A program made the position numbers and the translations under genes. Positions 14,500 to 26,965 of a stretch of DNA of 64,000 nt are shown here, piece by piece. Below the pieces are notes generated by a model that made no database searches, had not been told where the DNA came from, and saw nothing but the letters and a program-made list of their open reading frames with translations. The number at the start of each line of letters is the position of its first letter. The stretch's first letter is position 1. Source of the stretch: Octopus vulgaris. Lineage: Eukaryota. Location: contig OX597826.1 in the NCBI GenBank assembly GCA_951406725.2, positions 70,432,001 through 70,496,000 on the forward strand, in the 5' to 3' direction.

Positions 14500-15260
14500 G
14501 TGCGTGCGTGTGCGCACGTGTGGTTGATCTGCTTCGCTACAGCCCTGACCTGGCATATTTTCAAGTAATATTTTGCTGAAATACGATATGCTATTCCAGC
14601 AGTGGAGATTATGCTGTGTCTCATCGTCGTCCAATGACCAGCTGATTAGGGATGCTAGGCTCACGATCATTAGGTCATGGATTCGATTACCGGGTCGAAA
14701 GCATTTTGTATAGTTGGATAAAACACTTCATTTCACCTTTGACACACCTTTGGGGAGAACAATGCGATCGGCAGGAGTCCTTTTAGAAGGAGAGGTATCT
14801 TGCATTCTGAGTCTGAATACCTTCAAAAAATGCCTCATGATTTTGTTGAGTCAAGGTGGACTATATTATTTAAACGGACATTCGACTGTAACTAATAAAA
14901 GAGTGAATTAACACTTGACTGTGGCCACGCTGGAGTTCGATTATTTCGACAAGACCCTTCAAATGAGGCTGTACATATGTGTACTGCCTCATTTGAAGGG
15001 TATTGTCTTGCGAGTTATACACACACACATATATACATATTTATATTATATTCCACACGCTAGGAGGGACTCTTAAAGTTAAAACTACCAAAACGACCAA
15101 ATTAATTTTGGTAGTTTTGACTTTAAGAGTCCCTCCTAGCATGTGGCATTTATGTATAGTAATGCCCTCTATATATTATAAATAAATATATTTAAGTGAA
15201 AAAATTGGTGGATTTTTTTCTCTTATGAGGTTTTCACACACACATATATGTATGTATATA

Positions 15261-15343
<83 letters not shown>

Positions 15344-15463
15344 ATGTGTGTATGTATGTATATATATATATGTAGAAGGTTGAAAAGGAACATATGAGTT
15401 GATATATATATGGAAAGAAAAGTCAAGGTAGATAATGCTAAAATAATTTTATAAAAAACATTT

Positions 15464-15499
15464 CAGTACCGGTTTCAGTCATTGAGACTTTTTCAACTC
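15464..15499 (-). ncRNA. Mirror copy of the U3-A8 hammerhead
   Basis: Reverse complement of 16062-16097 with one stem I mismatch. Confidence 0.62.
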
Positions 15500-16061
15500 T
15501 AAGTACGGAAAACAATTAAATTTTGGAAAAATTAAAAGAAAAGTTATTTTAAAAGAATATTTGCATAGTATTCAAATACAAGGGGCAAGAAGAAGAAGAA
15601 TGCATGAGTGCCATGATAGTAGTATGTTAAATGGTCAAGTGCCCTGAAAGTGACTCGTTGTAGGTGGTAGTAGTGATTGAATTCTTGAGACATCTCTTTT
15701 GAATGTTTTACTTATAAAATTTGCATAAAGACATATAGTGGTAAAGTTAGGAAGGAGGTGGCAAAGAGGAAGAAAACCAAGAAGAAGAAGGAGAAAGAAA
15801 AGGGAGAATAAGAAGGAATGTTGGTAGTATGATATTAGTAGGATGTTAAATGGTCTTCTTCTTCTTCTTCTTCTTCTTCTTCTTCTTCTTCTTCTTCTCT
15901 GCCAAGAATTCACAACGACCTTGAACCCACAAAGTAAACAAAGAGACAGAGACAGGCAGAAACAAGGAAAATGCCTCTTGTATTTGAATACTATGCAAAT
16001 ATTCTTTTTAAAAAAAACTTTTCTTTTAATTTTTCCAAAGTTTAATTGTTTTCCACACTTA

Positions 16062-16097
16062 CAGTTGAAAAAGTCTCAATGACTGAAACCGGTACTG
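16062..16097 (+). ncRNA. Minimal hammerhead, U3-A8 variant
   Basis: CAG-TTGAAAA-AGTC tcaat GACT-GAA-ACC|GGT-A-CTG. Confidence 0.72.
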
Positions 16098-16191
16098 AAA
16101 TGTTTTTTTATAAAATTATTTTAGCATTTTCTACCTTGACTTTTCTATGCAAATTTGTATGTAGATAGAAGCTTTCTCACACACCTACACA

Positions 16192-16225
<34 letters not shown>

Positions 16226-16273
16226 ATGATACACATACACACACACACACACACACATTGAAGAGAGGAATAC

Positions 16274-16743
16274 CTTGTAAGCGTTGTGCATGCCGTCGGA
16301 GTCAAATATCTTCCATACAGCTTCAGCCAGATTGTACCAACCGTATTGTGTACCATACTCAAAGAGAAACCAGATCGATTCTTTCGTTTCTTCCCATGCT
16401 GGTGACGCGAAAAACGTAGAGATTACTTCGGACAATTTTCGTTCTTCTCCGTTGATGTTTGTGACCGTAGCATTGTGACAAATAACCGAGACCCACAATG
16501 TAAGGTAGATAGAGCAGAATAATGTTATTCTTAAAGTTCGTTTCGGGCAACTGGTCCGAGAAGGACGAGGTGTTGTTTTGGTCCATTTGTTGCCCTTGTA
16601 GTTGAGAAGAGCCGTAGAAATCAGCGAAGAGTATATGATTTGGGTTGGATTGTTCCAATAGAAAGGAACTCCAAGAAAGGAACCAATGAGTGAGAGTTTC
16701 AAGTCGCCCTCTTGGTCACCAATGTTGGCTACCAGCATTACAC
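16274..16743 (-). CDS. DNAJC22: DNAJC22/Wurst-like, coding exon 2
   Basis: Acceptor ttttgctatattacag|GT joins in frame (YG-VMLVANIG...); open to ...DSDGMHNAYK|GTATTC donor; 470 nt, ends phase 0. Confidence 0.93.
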
Positions 16744-19700
16744 CTGTAATATAGCAAAAAAAATCAAGATGTAACTACCAAAAGACTGACCCATAACATT
16801 AACCAATAGAGTGACATCATATATAACGTTAAATATAACAGTTTGTCAGGGAAAATTTCAAGGATGCTGGTCTGTCTGAGTTCTCATGAGGAGCAGAATG
16901 CATAACCAGAATTAGATTAAGATTTTGTAACTCCCTAAGTTACAGCTATTGCCAGCCAATCGCCGTTGTCGTCATCAGTATCATTATCCTCATTGTCATC
17001 GTCCTCATCATCTCCGTCGTTATCATCATCGTCGTCGTCATGGTCATCACGTCCACTTTTCCATGTGTGCATGGGTTGGACGAAATTTGTCAAGGCAGAA
17101 ATGAATAAAAAAGGGGACAGAAAGCCACAGTAAGTCAAGCATGACAGCAATGAAAGCCAAAAGTACTTGATACAGGACACAGGATAAAACACAAAAACAC
17201 ACACACAAAAAAAAAGAGAAAAGTTAAAAGACCCTACAGAAAAAAATGAAAGGAAAGGGATCACAAGCATGTCAAGAGTAGGGTTGGCGAATATCAGGAA
17301 GCATGGAATTTCTGCTCTCAAAATTCAAATCCTGCTATGGTCAACTTTAACTTAGATCCTTTTGGGTTCCAGTCCCCAAAAGTTCCAATTAAGGGTGGTG
17401 TTGGTGGTGGTGGTGGTGGTGGTGGATTGGCAAAATTTTTAGAGTATCAGCTTGTGGTATCTATTTTGTCTCTGTACATTCTGAGTTCAAATTCTGCCCT
17501 GTTACTAAAAAACATTAACACTTCTGGCTGTGTGGTAAGTAGCTTGCTTACTAACCACATGGTTCCGGGTTCAGTCCCACTGCATAGCACCTTAGGCAAC
17601 TGTCTTCTACTATAGCCTCGGGTCGACCAAAGCCTTGTGAGTGAATTTGGTAGATGGAAACTGAAAGAAGCCTGTCGTATATATGTATATATATATGTAT
17701 GTGTTTATGTTTGTGTGTCTGTGCTTGTTCCCCCACTATCGCTTGACAACCGATGCTGGTGTGTTTACGTCCCCTTAACTTAGCAGTTCGGCAAAAAGAA
17801 ACCGATAGAATAAGTACTAGGCTTACAAAGAATAAGTCCTGGGGTTGATTTGCTCGACTAAAGGCGGTGCTCCAGCACGGCTGCAGTCAAATGACTGAAA
17901 CAAGTAAAAGAGATGAATATTAGCAATTTGAAAAACTTAAGGAAACGTGGTTTGGATTCGAAGATTTATGATCAAAGACTTTCTGCCTGTTTATCCACTG
18001 TATCCTTCATTTATCTAAGACAATAGGGCATAATTAGAGGAAGAATTTGCAGTTATTTCTAACATATTGAGCAACTTTTTAGAGGCTTTCTGTCCTTGGT
18101 CACCTATTTTTGATTCAGCTGTTTGCAGTTTGACGATTAAAATGTGTCTCAGCTTGCTGGAAATAGCAGCCAAATCTTCCTCAAATAAGGAAGGATACTC
18201 TTTTACTTGTTTCAGTCATTTGACTGTGGCCAATGCTGGAGCACTGCCTTTAGTCGAGCAAATCACCCCCTGGACTTATTCTTTGTAAGCCTGGTACTTA
18301 TTTTATCGGTCTCTTTTGCTGAACCACTAAGTTACAGGGACGTAAACACACCAGCATCGGTTGTCAAGCGATGTTGGGGGGACAAGCACAGACACACAAC
18401 ACACATACATATATATATATACATATATACGACGGGCTTCTTTCAGTTTCCATCTACAAAATCCACTCACAAGGCTGTGGTCAGCCCGAGTTTATAGTAG
18501 AAGACACTTGCCCAAGGTACCATGCAGTGGGACTGAACCCGGAACCATGTGGTTCATAAGCAAGCTACTTACCACACAGCCACTCCTGCGCCTATAGTCT
18601 TACATATATAAAGAGGTGTGATGGCCATAGCTGGAACATCTTCCATCATAGATCTTGGGTTGACTAAGGCAACAAAATACTATGCATCTCAATGAGGGAC
18701 CCTCTATACAATCTCTCGGCCTGCTAGAAATAACAGTCAAATCACACATGATCTTCACTAAAATGTGTTGAATATGTAAGATGACTCAATTTTCTGCTCT
18801 GCCCAAGAAAAGGTAGAATGGTCATGGCTAGAACGTCTGTCAGAAGATAATGATTTATCACAAGAAACCATAACTGATACAGAGATGTGGATCCATAGAT
18901 CAAATTTGGCTGTTTGAAAACTAGGCACAGGAGTGGCTATGTGGTAAGTAGCTTACTTACAAACCACATGGTTCCGAGTTCAGTCCCACTGTGTGGCACC
19001 TTGGGCAACTGTCTTCTACTATAGCCTTGGGTCGACCAAAGCCTTGTGAAATGGATTTGGTAGACGAAAACTGAAAGAAGCCTGTCATATATATATGTAT
19101 GTATTTGTGTTTATGTTTGTTTTTGTCCCTGCCCCCCACCATTGCTTGACAACCAAGGCTGGTGTGTTTATGTCTCCATAACTTAGCGGTTTGGCAAAAG
19201 AGACCGATAGAATAAGTACTAGGCTTACAAAGATTAAGTCCTGGAGTCAATTTGCTCGACTAGAGGTGGTGCTCCAGCATGGCTACAGTCAAAGAATAAA
19301 AGAATACATCAATTAGGGAATCTCTATGTGGTGGCTGATCCACTAAAAATAGCAGCTAAATCTCTCTCAAATTGCACTCTACCATCCAAGAGAAAAAAAT
19401 GACACCTTTGATAGGTTCCTTGCATATGGGATGGTCATTGCTGGAATACCTTTGATCACAAGGCCTACTCAGTCAACGTTTAGCCAAAGCTAAACAACAT
19501 TAACTGACTAATGACATAGGTCATTCTCGACCGAGGATGACCACCTACACAATTAAATTCATGCTATTGGTCATCAAATAGAGGTCACTAGAACCACATC
19601 TAAAACAGTTAACAACAAAAATTTTCACTGAATTTAGCACTAATTAATTATTATGGTACAGCAACTAATTATTATATTGAACCAATGACAGAAGGCATCT

Positions 19701-21301
19701 GACAGCAAAATCTGCCGCCTCTTAAAACCTTACAAAGCATGGCTGGAATGTTTTATTGTTTTATTTTTTGATTACAGGTCTATTAAATCAGTATTGACCT
19801 GGAACTAAACAACACCTACCATAAATCCTTGAGTATAATCTGCATTTTTCCCCGCAAAATTTAAAGATCAAAATCCCTGGTGCATACTGTATACGAGGTT
19901 AAAAATGAAAATTATTTTCTAAGCAATGTCCGAGTCTCTATTTGCTGTCCGGCAATGTTTATTCAGATGCATTATGTGATGTCGGGCGCAAAAAATGCCT
20001 TAAGCTAAGCCTGAAAGCAATGAAGTCATAAAAGAATCATCCATAACTTGCAGTAAGCAACATTTATTAAACATTATTACTGTTATTTTCTGCAAACAAA
20101 ATGCACAAAAAAGCTACACGTTTGCATTATGTTATATATACAATAATAATAAAGGATGTTACCGTATACAATTTTACAGGCCAAGGACGTTATATAGACC
20201 TCCTTGACTCAAGTTAGAGAAAGGGTGCATATTATACACAAGGTAGGTAGGTAGGTAGGTATGTAGGTAGGTGGGTAGGTAGGTAGATTGGTAGGTGGGT
20301 AGGTACGTAAGGCTGTAAACTGAAGTCTCAGTACTCTATCACTTGGTTGTTCTGCTTTTACTGGGGGTTTAAATCCAGCCAATGTGATAATTGGGACAGA
20401 GAGAAAATCAACAGAATAAATCTCTAAATCCTGTTTAAATAAAACATTTTAACATGTTTTACTGTCAACATAACAGAAGAGTTAAGAACTGACATGTCTG
20501 TCATGATCAAAGACTATCTTTGGATATGGATATATATATATACACACACGGAATTTAATAGGTCAGTATATTTTGTACATAAGTGCATAAATAGGCGTAG
20601 GAGTGAGACCCCAGGACTTATTCTTTGTAAGGCTAGTACTTATTCTATTGGTCTCTTTTGCTGAACTGCTAAGTTACGAGGACAGAAACACACCAGCATC
20701 GCTTGTCAAGTGATGTTGGGGGGACAAACACAGACACACAAGCATATACACACACATACATATATACATATATACGGCAGGCTTCTTTCAGTTTCTGTCT
20801 ACCAAATCCCCTCACAAGCTTTTGGTCAGCTCCAGGCTATAGTAGAAGACACTTCCCCAAGGTGCCACGCAATGGGAGTGAACCTGGAACCAAGTGGTTC
20901 GTAAGCAAGCTACTTGCCATACAGCCACTCATATATATGTATATCTATATGTACATGTGTGTGTGTGCATATGTATATATATATATCATGTGACCACATG
21001 ACCGACCAGTCCATCAGATGTAGTTACACATCGCTGGTCACAATACGTTCGCATTGTTTTAGCCTTCGAATGACGCCACCCCGCTGGCTAAGCGAGCAGG
21101 CCAACAGAAGAAAGAGTGGTGAAAGAGTACAGCAGGGATCACCACCCCCTGCCGGAGCCTTGTGGTGCTTTTAGGTGTTTTCACTCAATAAACACTCACA
21201 ATGCCCGGTCTGGGAATTGAAACCGCGATCCTACAATCACGAGTCCACTGCCCTAATCACTGGGCCATTGCACCTCCATGTATATATATATTTATACATA
21301 T

Positions 21302-21344
<43 letters not shown>

Positions 21345-21808
21345 AATATATATATGTGTATATATGTATGTGTGTGTGTGTGTGTGTGTGTGTATAATAC
21401 AAATAAAAAATGGAGAAACACATTAGTTGGTTTATCAGCTTTAGGATATTAGAATGTTGACTTTATTTATTCATTTAACAAAAACGACAACCTTAATCAC
21501 ATACATATATACATTATAATTCAATACATATAAGATAAGAATACAACTATAAAAACCTTTATATAAATTATTGGAATCATTATATATATATATAATGGTA
21601 TGTATTTACTTTTCTACACAAAAATTTATATAACTTTTCTATGAACCTTTCTACCAACCTCCCTACCTGACTACCAAGCAATTTTCCCACCTAACTACTT
21701 GCCTACTTAGAAATCCACCTTGCTACCTACCTACCTAACTACCAATCTGTGTACTTACATACTTTCCTACTCACCTAACAATATACCAACCTATGTATGT
21801 ATATATGC

Positions 21809-21839
<31 letters not shown>

Positions 21840-21950
21840 TGTATGTATGTATGTATGTATGTATGTATGTATGTATGTATGTATGCATGTATGCATGTGT
21901 GTGTATGCATGCAAGCATACAGGTTAGCAGGTAGATAGGTAGATAAATAG

Positions 21951-21987
<37 letters not shown>

Positions 21988-22197
21988 TTCCCAATTTATA
22001 TTCATGTTTGTTATTTTGTAATAATTACTGGTACCCTTATATATTACTATATATTATATCTTATATGTAGAACATAATATGTTATATGTATGTATATTAT
22101 TGTAATTATCAGTTTAGTAAATAAATAAATAAGTTAACATAATATAATGTCTAAAAGTTGATGAACCACCTATTGATCCCCTCCATTTTCTTATTGC

Positions 22198-22281
<84 letters not shown>

Positions 22282-22914
22282 GGGAGAATAAAAAAAACTC
22301 AGAAATAAACAAGGAGAGAAAATAAAGAGTGGCTAGTGGTCTCTCATGGCAAATGCTGGTCAGAGTGGTCACACAGTAGAGCTAGGAAGAAGGGGAGATA
22401 ATAAAATAGTGGTTATCCCAAAATGAAGATGGCATGCGTGTGTATAAGAGAGCATGTATGTGTGTGTGGAAGAGGGCTGGTGACCTTGACATGAGTGTGT
22501 GTATGTGTAGGTGTGTAGATGATGGTGTGGGGCTGGGAAGTGGTCATTGCTAGTGTGTGATGTGTATGGTGTGGTGATGTATGGTGTGGGTGGTGGTGTT
22601 GGGATGTGGGGGAGGCGAGAGTGGGGAAAGCAAGGGGGTGTGTGGGTTAGTCTGAGGGTGGGGTATGTGGGATATGTGGGATATATATGTATAAATATGT
22701 GTATATATATGTATATATATATATATGTATATATATAATAATAAATATTAGGGAAAAAATCCAAATTTACAGGGAAAAAATCAGATTTAGGATTAAATCC
22801 AATTTTATAGTAAAATATTATAAAATATTATTAGAGACAAAACCACTATTTTGCAAAACAAACAAGGAAAGACTTAATCAATACATAAAATTTTAATAAA
22901 TAGTCAAAAAACCG

Positions 22915-22957
22915 CCACTACAATTGTTTCTTGTCTTGATCGACAATCTTCAGGTGG
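22915..22957 (-). ncRNA. Mirror copy of the canonical hammerhead (sense to the DNAJC22 pre-mRNA)
   Basis: Exact reverse complement of 23880-23922 in the other arm of the fold-back. Confidence 0.78.
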
Positions 22958-23879
22958 ACTTCAATCTAAAATATCAATATTTTAAAATATAAAAATAATA
23001 ATTTTAAAATAATTGAAGTATGAATGAAAAAATATAAATATATAATCCATATATAACCTATATATAATCCATATATAATCAATATATAAACAATATATAA
23101 ACTAAAATAAACCTATCAACAATTAAATATGAAATATAAAATATAAAATATAAAATATAAAATATAAAATATAAAACAAAACAAAAAAATAATAATAATA
23201 TAATAATAAACTATATATACACCCATACACATATACCTAATTATATATAACCATATCTAACTACATACACTAAATCACACACCTATATATATATCCCTAT
23301 ACATACACATAAAAACGTCTAGGCAACTATAAATAAATAAAATAGCTAAATACTTCAACACAATACTTATTCATACTCCCACACACACACACATACAACC
23401 CACATTCACGCTCTAGAAAACGGACATCACTTAAAATTATGAACGGAGAAATGGAATAAATGGAATTAAAAATTATATTCACTTGGTAAAACGAACACTA
23501 CTTAAAAATTTGCCTAGACGTTTTTATGTGTATGTATAGGGATATATATATAGGTGTGTGATTTAGTGTATGTAGTTAGATATGGTTATATATAATTAGG
23601 TATATGTGTATGGGTGTATATATAGTTTATTATTATATTATTATTATTTTTTTGTTTTGTTTTATATTTTATATTTTATATTTTATATTTTATATTTTAT
23701 ATTTTATATTTAATTGTTGATAGGTTTATTTTAGTTTATATATTGTTTATATATTGATTATATATGGATTATATATAGGTTATATATGGATTATATATTT
23801 ATATTTTTTCATTCATACTTTAATTATTTTAAAATTATTATTTTTATATTTTAAAATATTGATATTTTAGATTGGAAGT

Positions 23880-23922
23880 CCACCTGAAGATTGTCGATCA
23901 AGACAAGAAACAATTGTAGTGG
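23880..23922 (+). ncRNA. Minimal type-I hammerhead ribozyme, canonical core
   Basis: CCAC-CTGAAGA-TTGTC gatcaa GACAA-GAA-ACAA|TTGT-A-GTGG; predicted cleavage after A23918. Confidence 0.8.
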
Positions 23923-24182
23923 CGGTTTTTTTGACTATTTATTAAAATTTTATGTATTGATTAAGTCTTTCCTTGTTTGTTTTGCAAAATAGTGGTTTTG
24001 TCTCTAATAATATTTTATATGTATATATATATATACATATATATATACATATATATATATATATAAATATATGGTTATCAGTAACAATATAGGGTGAAAT
24101 TAATTAATTTGGAATAATTATTAATTACACCAAGTAGATTTTGGCATGTAAAAGCCTCATTCGAGGAAAATTTAAGTAATAC

Positions 24183-24418
24183 TAAGCAATTAAGGGTTTA
24201 GCAACGAATTGCCTCACCACACACCGAATTTAGAAATAGCAGTCAAAGAGTTATAGCTATTCTTTCTACTAAAAGAGAGATCTCAGTAAAAACACAGCAA
24301 GTGCTGTGTTTTTACTGAGATCTCCTTTTAGTAGAAAGAATAGCTATAACTCTTTGACTGCTATTTCTAAATTCGGTGTGTGGTGAGGCAATTCGTTGCT
24401 AAACCCTTAATTGCTTAT
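24183..24418. repeat. About 235-bp near-perfect palindrome
   Basis: taagcaattaagggtttagc...cacagcaagtgctgtg...gctaaacccttaattgctta; diverged single arm near 38820-38930. Confidence 0.9.
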
Positions 24419-24614
24419 ATATAAATATATATATATATATATATCCCACATATCCCACATACCCCACCCTCAGCCTAACCCACACCCCACCCTTGCTTTC
24501 CCCACTCTCGCCTCCCCCACATCCCAACATCCCAACACCACCACCCACACCATACATCACCACACCACACATATATATGGATATATATACATACATACAT
24601 ACATATATACATAT

Positions 24615-24696
<82 letters not shown>

Positions 24697-24840
24697 TGAT
24701 GGATGGATGGGTAGATTGCAATATAGACAGAGAGAGAGAAAAAGAAAAAGAGTGAGGGTTTGAGAGAGGTATAGAAATATATGTTGATATATACAAAGAT
24801 AAGTATATGGGCAAATGGCTGGTGATATATATGTATGTAC

Positions 24841-24871
<31 letters not shown>

Positions 24872-24955
24872 TGTATGTATGTATGTGTGTGTATATATGT
24901 GTGTGTATGTATATGTGTGAATATATATGTGTGTGTGTAAATATGTGTATGTATG

Positions 24956-24998
<43 letters not shown>

Positions 24999-26061
24999 TT
25001 ATATATGTGTGTGTGTATTTATATCTCTATGTGTGTGTGTATGTATATATATATATATATATATATACATAGATATTTTCATATGTATATTAGAGATGGA
25101 TGTATGTATGTATGTATGTATACAGGTAAGTAGGTAAGTTGGTTGATAAGTAAGGTTGGTAAGTAGATGGATGGGTGGATGGATGGATGGATGGGTGGAT
25201 AGGGTTGAAGACATCATGGAGACAAATAGAGAGAACATATTGTGCTTGGGTCAATAGAGTGATGGTGAGAGAGTAGGAGAGACAGAAAGAGAGAAAGAGG
25301 AAAAGAAAGGAATGAAAGAGAGGGAGAGAGAGAGGGGGAGTGGTGTAGTAAAGGGGAGCAAGGTTGTAATGGCCAGGATGGAGTAATTGAGATGGATTAT
25401 TTAAAAATCGATTTATTTGCTTGGTTTTCCAGTCTTGCAAAATTTCCAGCTGTCTGACATGTCCAAACTTGTTACTGACTTAACAACAACAACAACAACA
25501 ATGACTCTGATGACAGCAACAATGACTTTGATGACAGCAACCACTACAACAACAATTTAGTCAGCAAAGTAGGTTCTGTGTGTTTGCTTGACCCGCAAGC
25601 AATAGGTGTCAAATCTCCAATGAAAAGGAATTAATAGATGATGTGGTCCTGCTGAGTTCCCTGAACATAAAAATGACACGGTGGTCACGGTTGGCATGCC
25701 TTTGATCATAGGTTTGTTCAACTAGGGTTAACCTGAGGCTACACACTACACCACTACACAGTGCTGGATTAGCCATTAAACAAATAAGCAGTCAGAGCAT
25801 CAAGGGAAGACGGGGCATGACAAAAATGGTAAATGGCTCAATAGTTAGGGTATTGCATTTATGATAATTGGCCCTCAAATAGTGGTTCTGGTTCAGCGGT
25901 CTAGTGGTGTGTTAAGTTCACAAGCATGTGCCCACAGTGGAGCCATGTGGCTCAGTGGGTAGAGTATTGAACTTATGATCGTACGATTGTGGTTTCGATT
26001 CCTGGATCAGGCGATGTATTGTGTTAATAAGCAAAACATTTCATTCCCTGTTGCTCTAGTC

Positions 26062-26227
26062 CAGTGGTTGCCAACCTCTTCACTACCAAGGACCCCTTTT
26101 ATTTAAAAGAGTTTTCCCACAGACCCCCAGAATATTGAAAGGTCTGTCAGCTCAGCATATTCACGGACCCTCAGTACTACCTTTGTGGATCACCAGGCAT
26201 CTGTGGACCAGAGGTTGGGAACCACTG
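26062..26227. mobile_element. hAT-type MITE inserted into a SINE
   Basis: CAGTGGTTGCCAACCT...AGGTTGGGAACCACTG with imperfect 8-bp duplication ctctagtc/ctccagtt. Confidence 0.75.
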
Positions 26228-26902
26228 CTCCAGTTCACTCTGATTGCAAAAATGAGTAATCCTGTGAGGGGTCAGCATCCCATCCAGGTGGGTAATTTAT
26301 ACACCATAAAATCAGGAAACCAGCCTTCATGATTTAGCATGACTCAAGAGGATAACTTTACCTTTACCACATGTTCATGAACAAAACACTTCATTTCAAA
26401 TTAGACCAGTCCATCTAGCTGCAAATGAGTTTCAACAATGGCTGGGAAGTTAACCCTGAAAACAGATTAGCATCCTGTGCAGGGGTGGTGAGTGTTGAAA
26501 TCTCAGCCACTTGTATACTATGGAAAACAGGTTACTAATAAACTATGGGTCCTAGGGTTCATAACAGGCCATTACTGTAACAGTGGTTGATGTTGTAGCT
26601 GATGTTATTGTTTGTGTTGTTGTTGAGGTAGTGTTGGTTACTATTACTGGATTAAGACCCATTGATTTTGGTGCCCCAATATATATATATATATATTGAT
26701 AAAAATGGTAAGACGACAAAAGAATGAAAGAGACCTTGATATTATGTAAATAGAGGGATTTATCTGTAAATATAATATGTGACAATTATTCGGTAGCCAT
26801 GATAAAACTCATTCAAATAGCGCTTTTGTCTTAATAATGGTCAATCACACACTGATTTCCCTTTGTATAACGGTCATTTTTCATAGTATTCTTCCAATGG
26901 CC

Positions 26903-26965
26903 TGATAACTGAAGAGATGGCGGCATGGATTTCCACCTCGGCATCTGAAACTCGGAGTTTTATCA
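26903..26965 (+). ncRNA. Hammerhead ribozyme-like motif
   Basis: TGATAA-CTGAAGA-GATG...CATC-T-GAA-ACTC g GAGT-T-TTATCA; 6-bp stem I. Confidence 0.68.

Larger units (their letters stand above)
15416..16146. repeat. Inverted repeat (about 170-bp arms) with about 385-bp spacer, Penelope pseudo-LTR-like
   Basis: 15416-15587 is the reverse complement of 15973-16146; each arm carries a hammerhead. Confidence 0.85.
22819..24018. repeat. Large AT-rich inverted repeat (about 500-bp arms)
   Basis: taaaatattattagagac...aaaacgtctaggcaa mirrored by ttgcctagacgtttt...gtctctaataatatttta. Confidence 0.9.

Noticed and set aside
16274-16743. Exon 2 circularisation driven by inverted SINEs
   Set aside because: The inverted family A SINEs lie together in intron 1 and I found no matching partner in intron 2.
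21398-22197. Old diverged inverted repeat flanking microsatellites
   Set aside because: Too degenerate to define ends or a ribozyme; probably an older fold-back of the same class.
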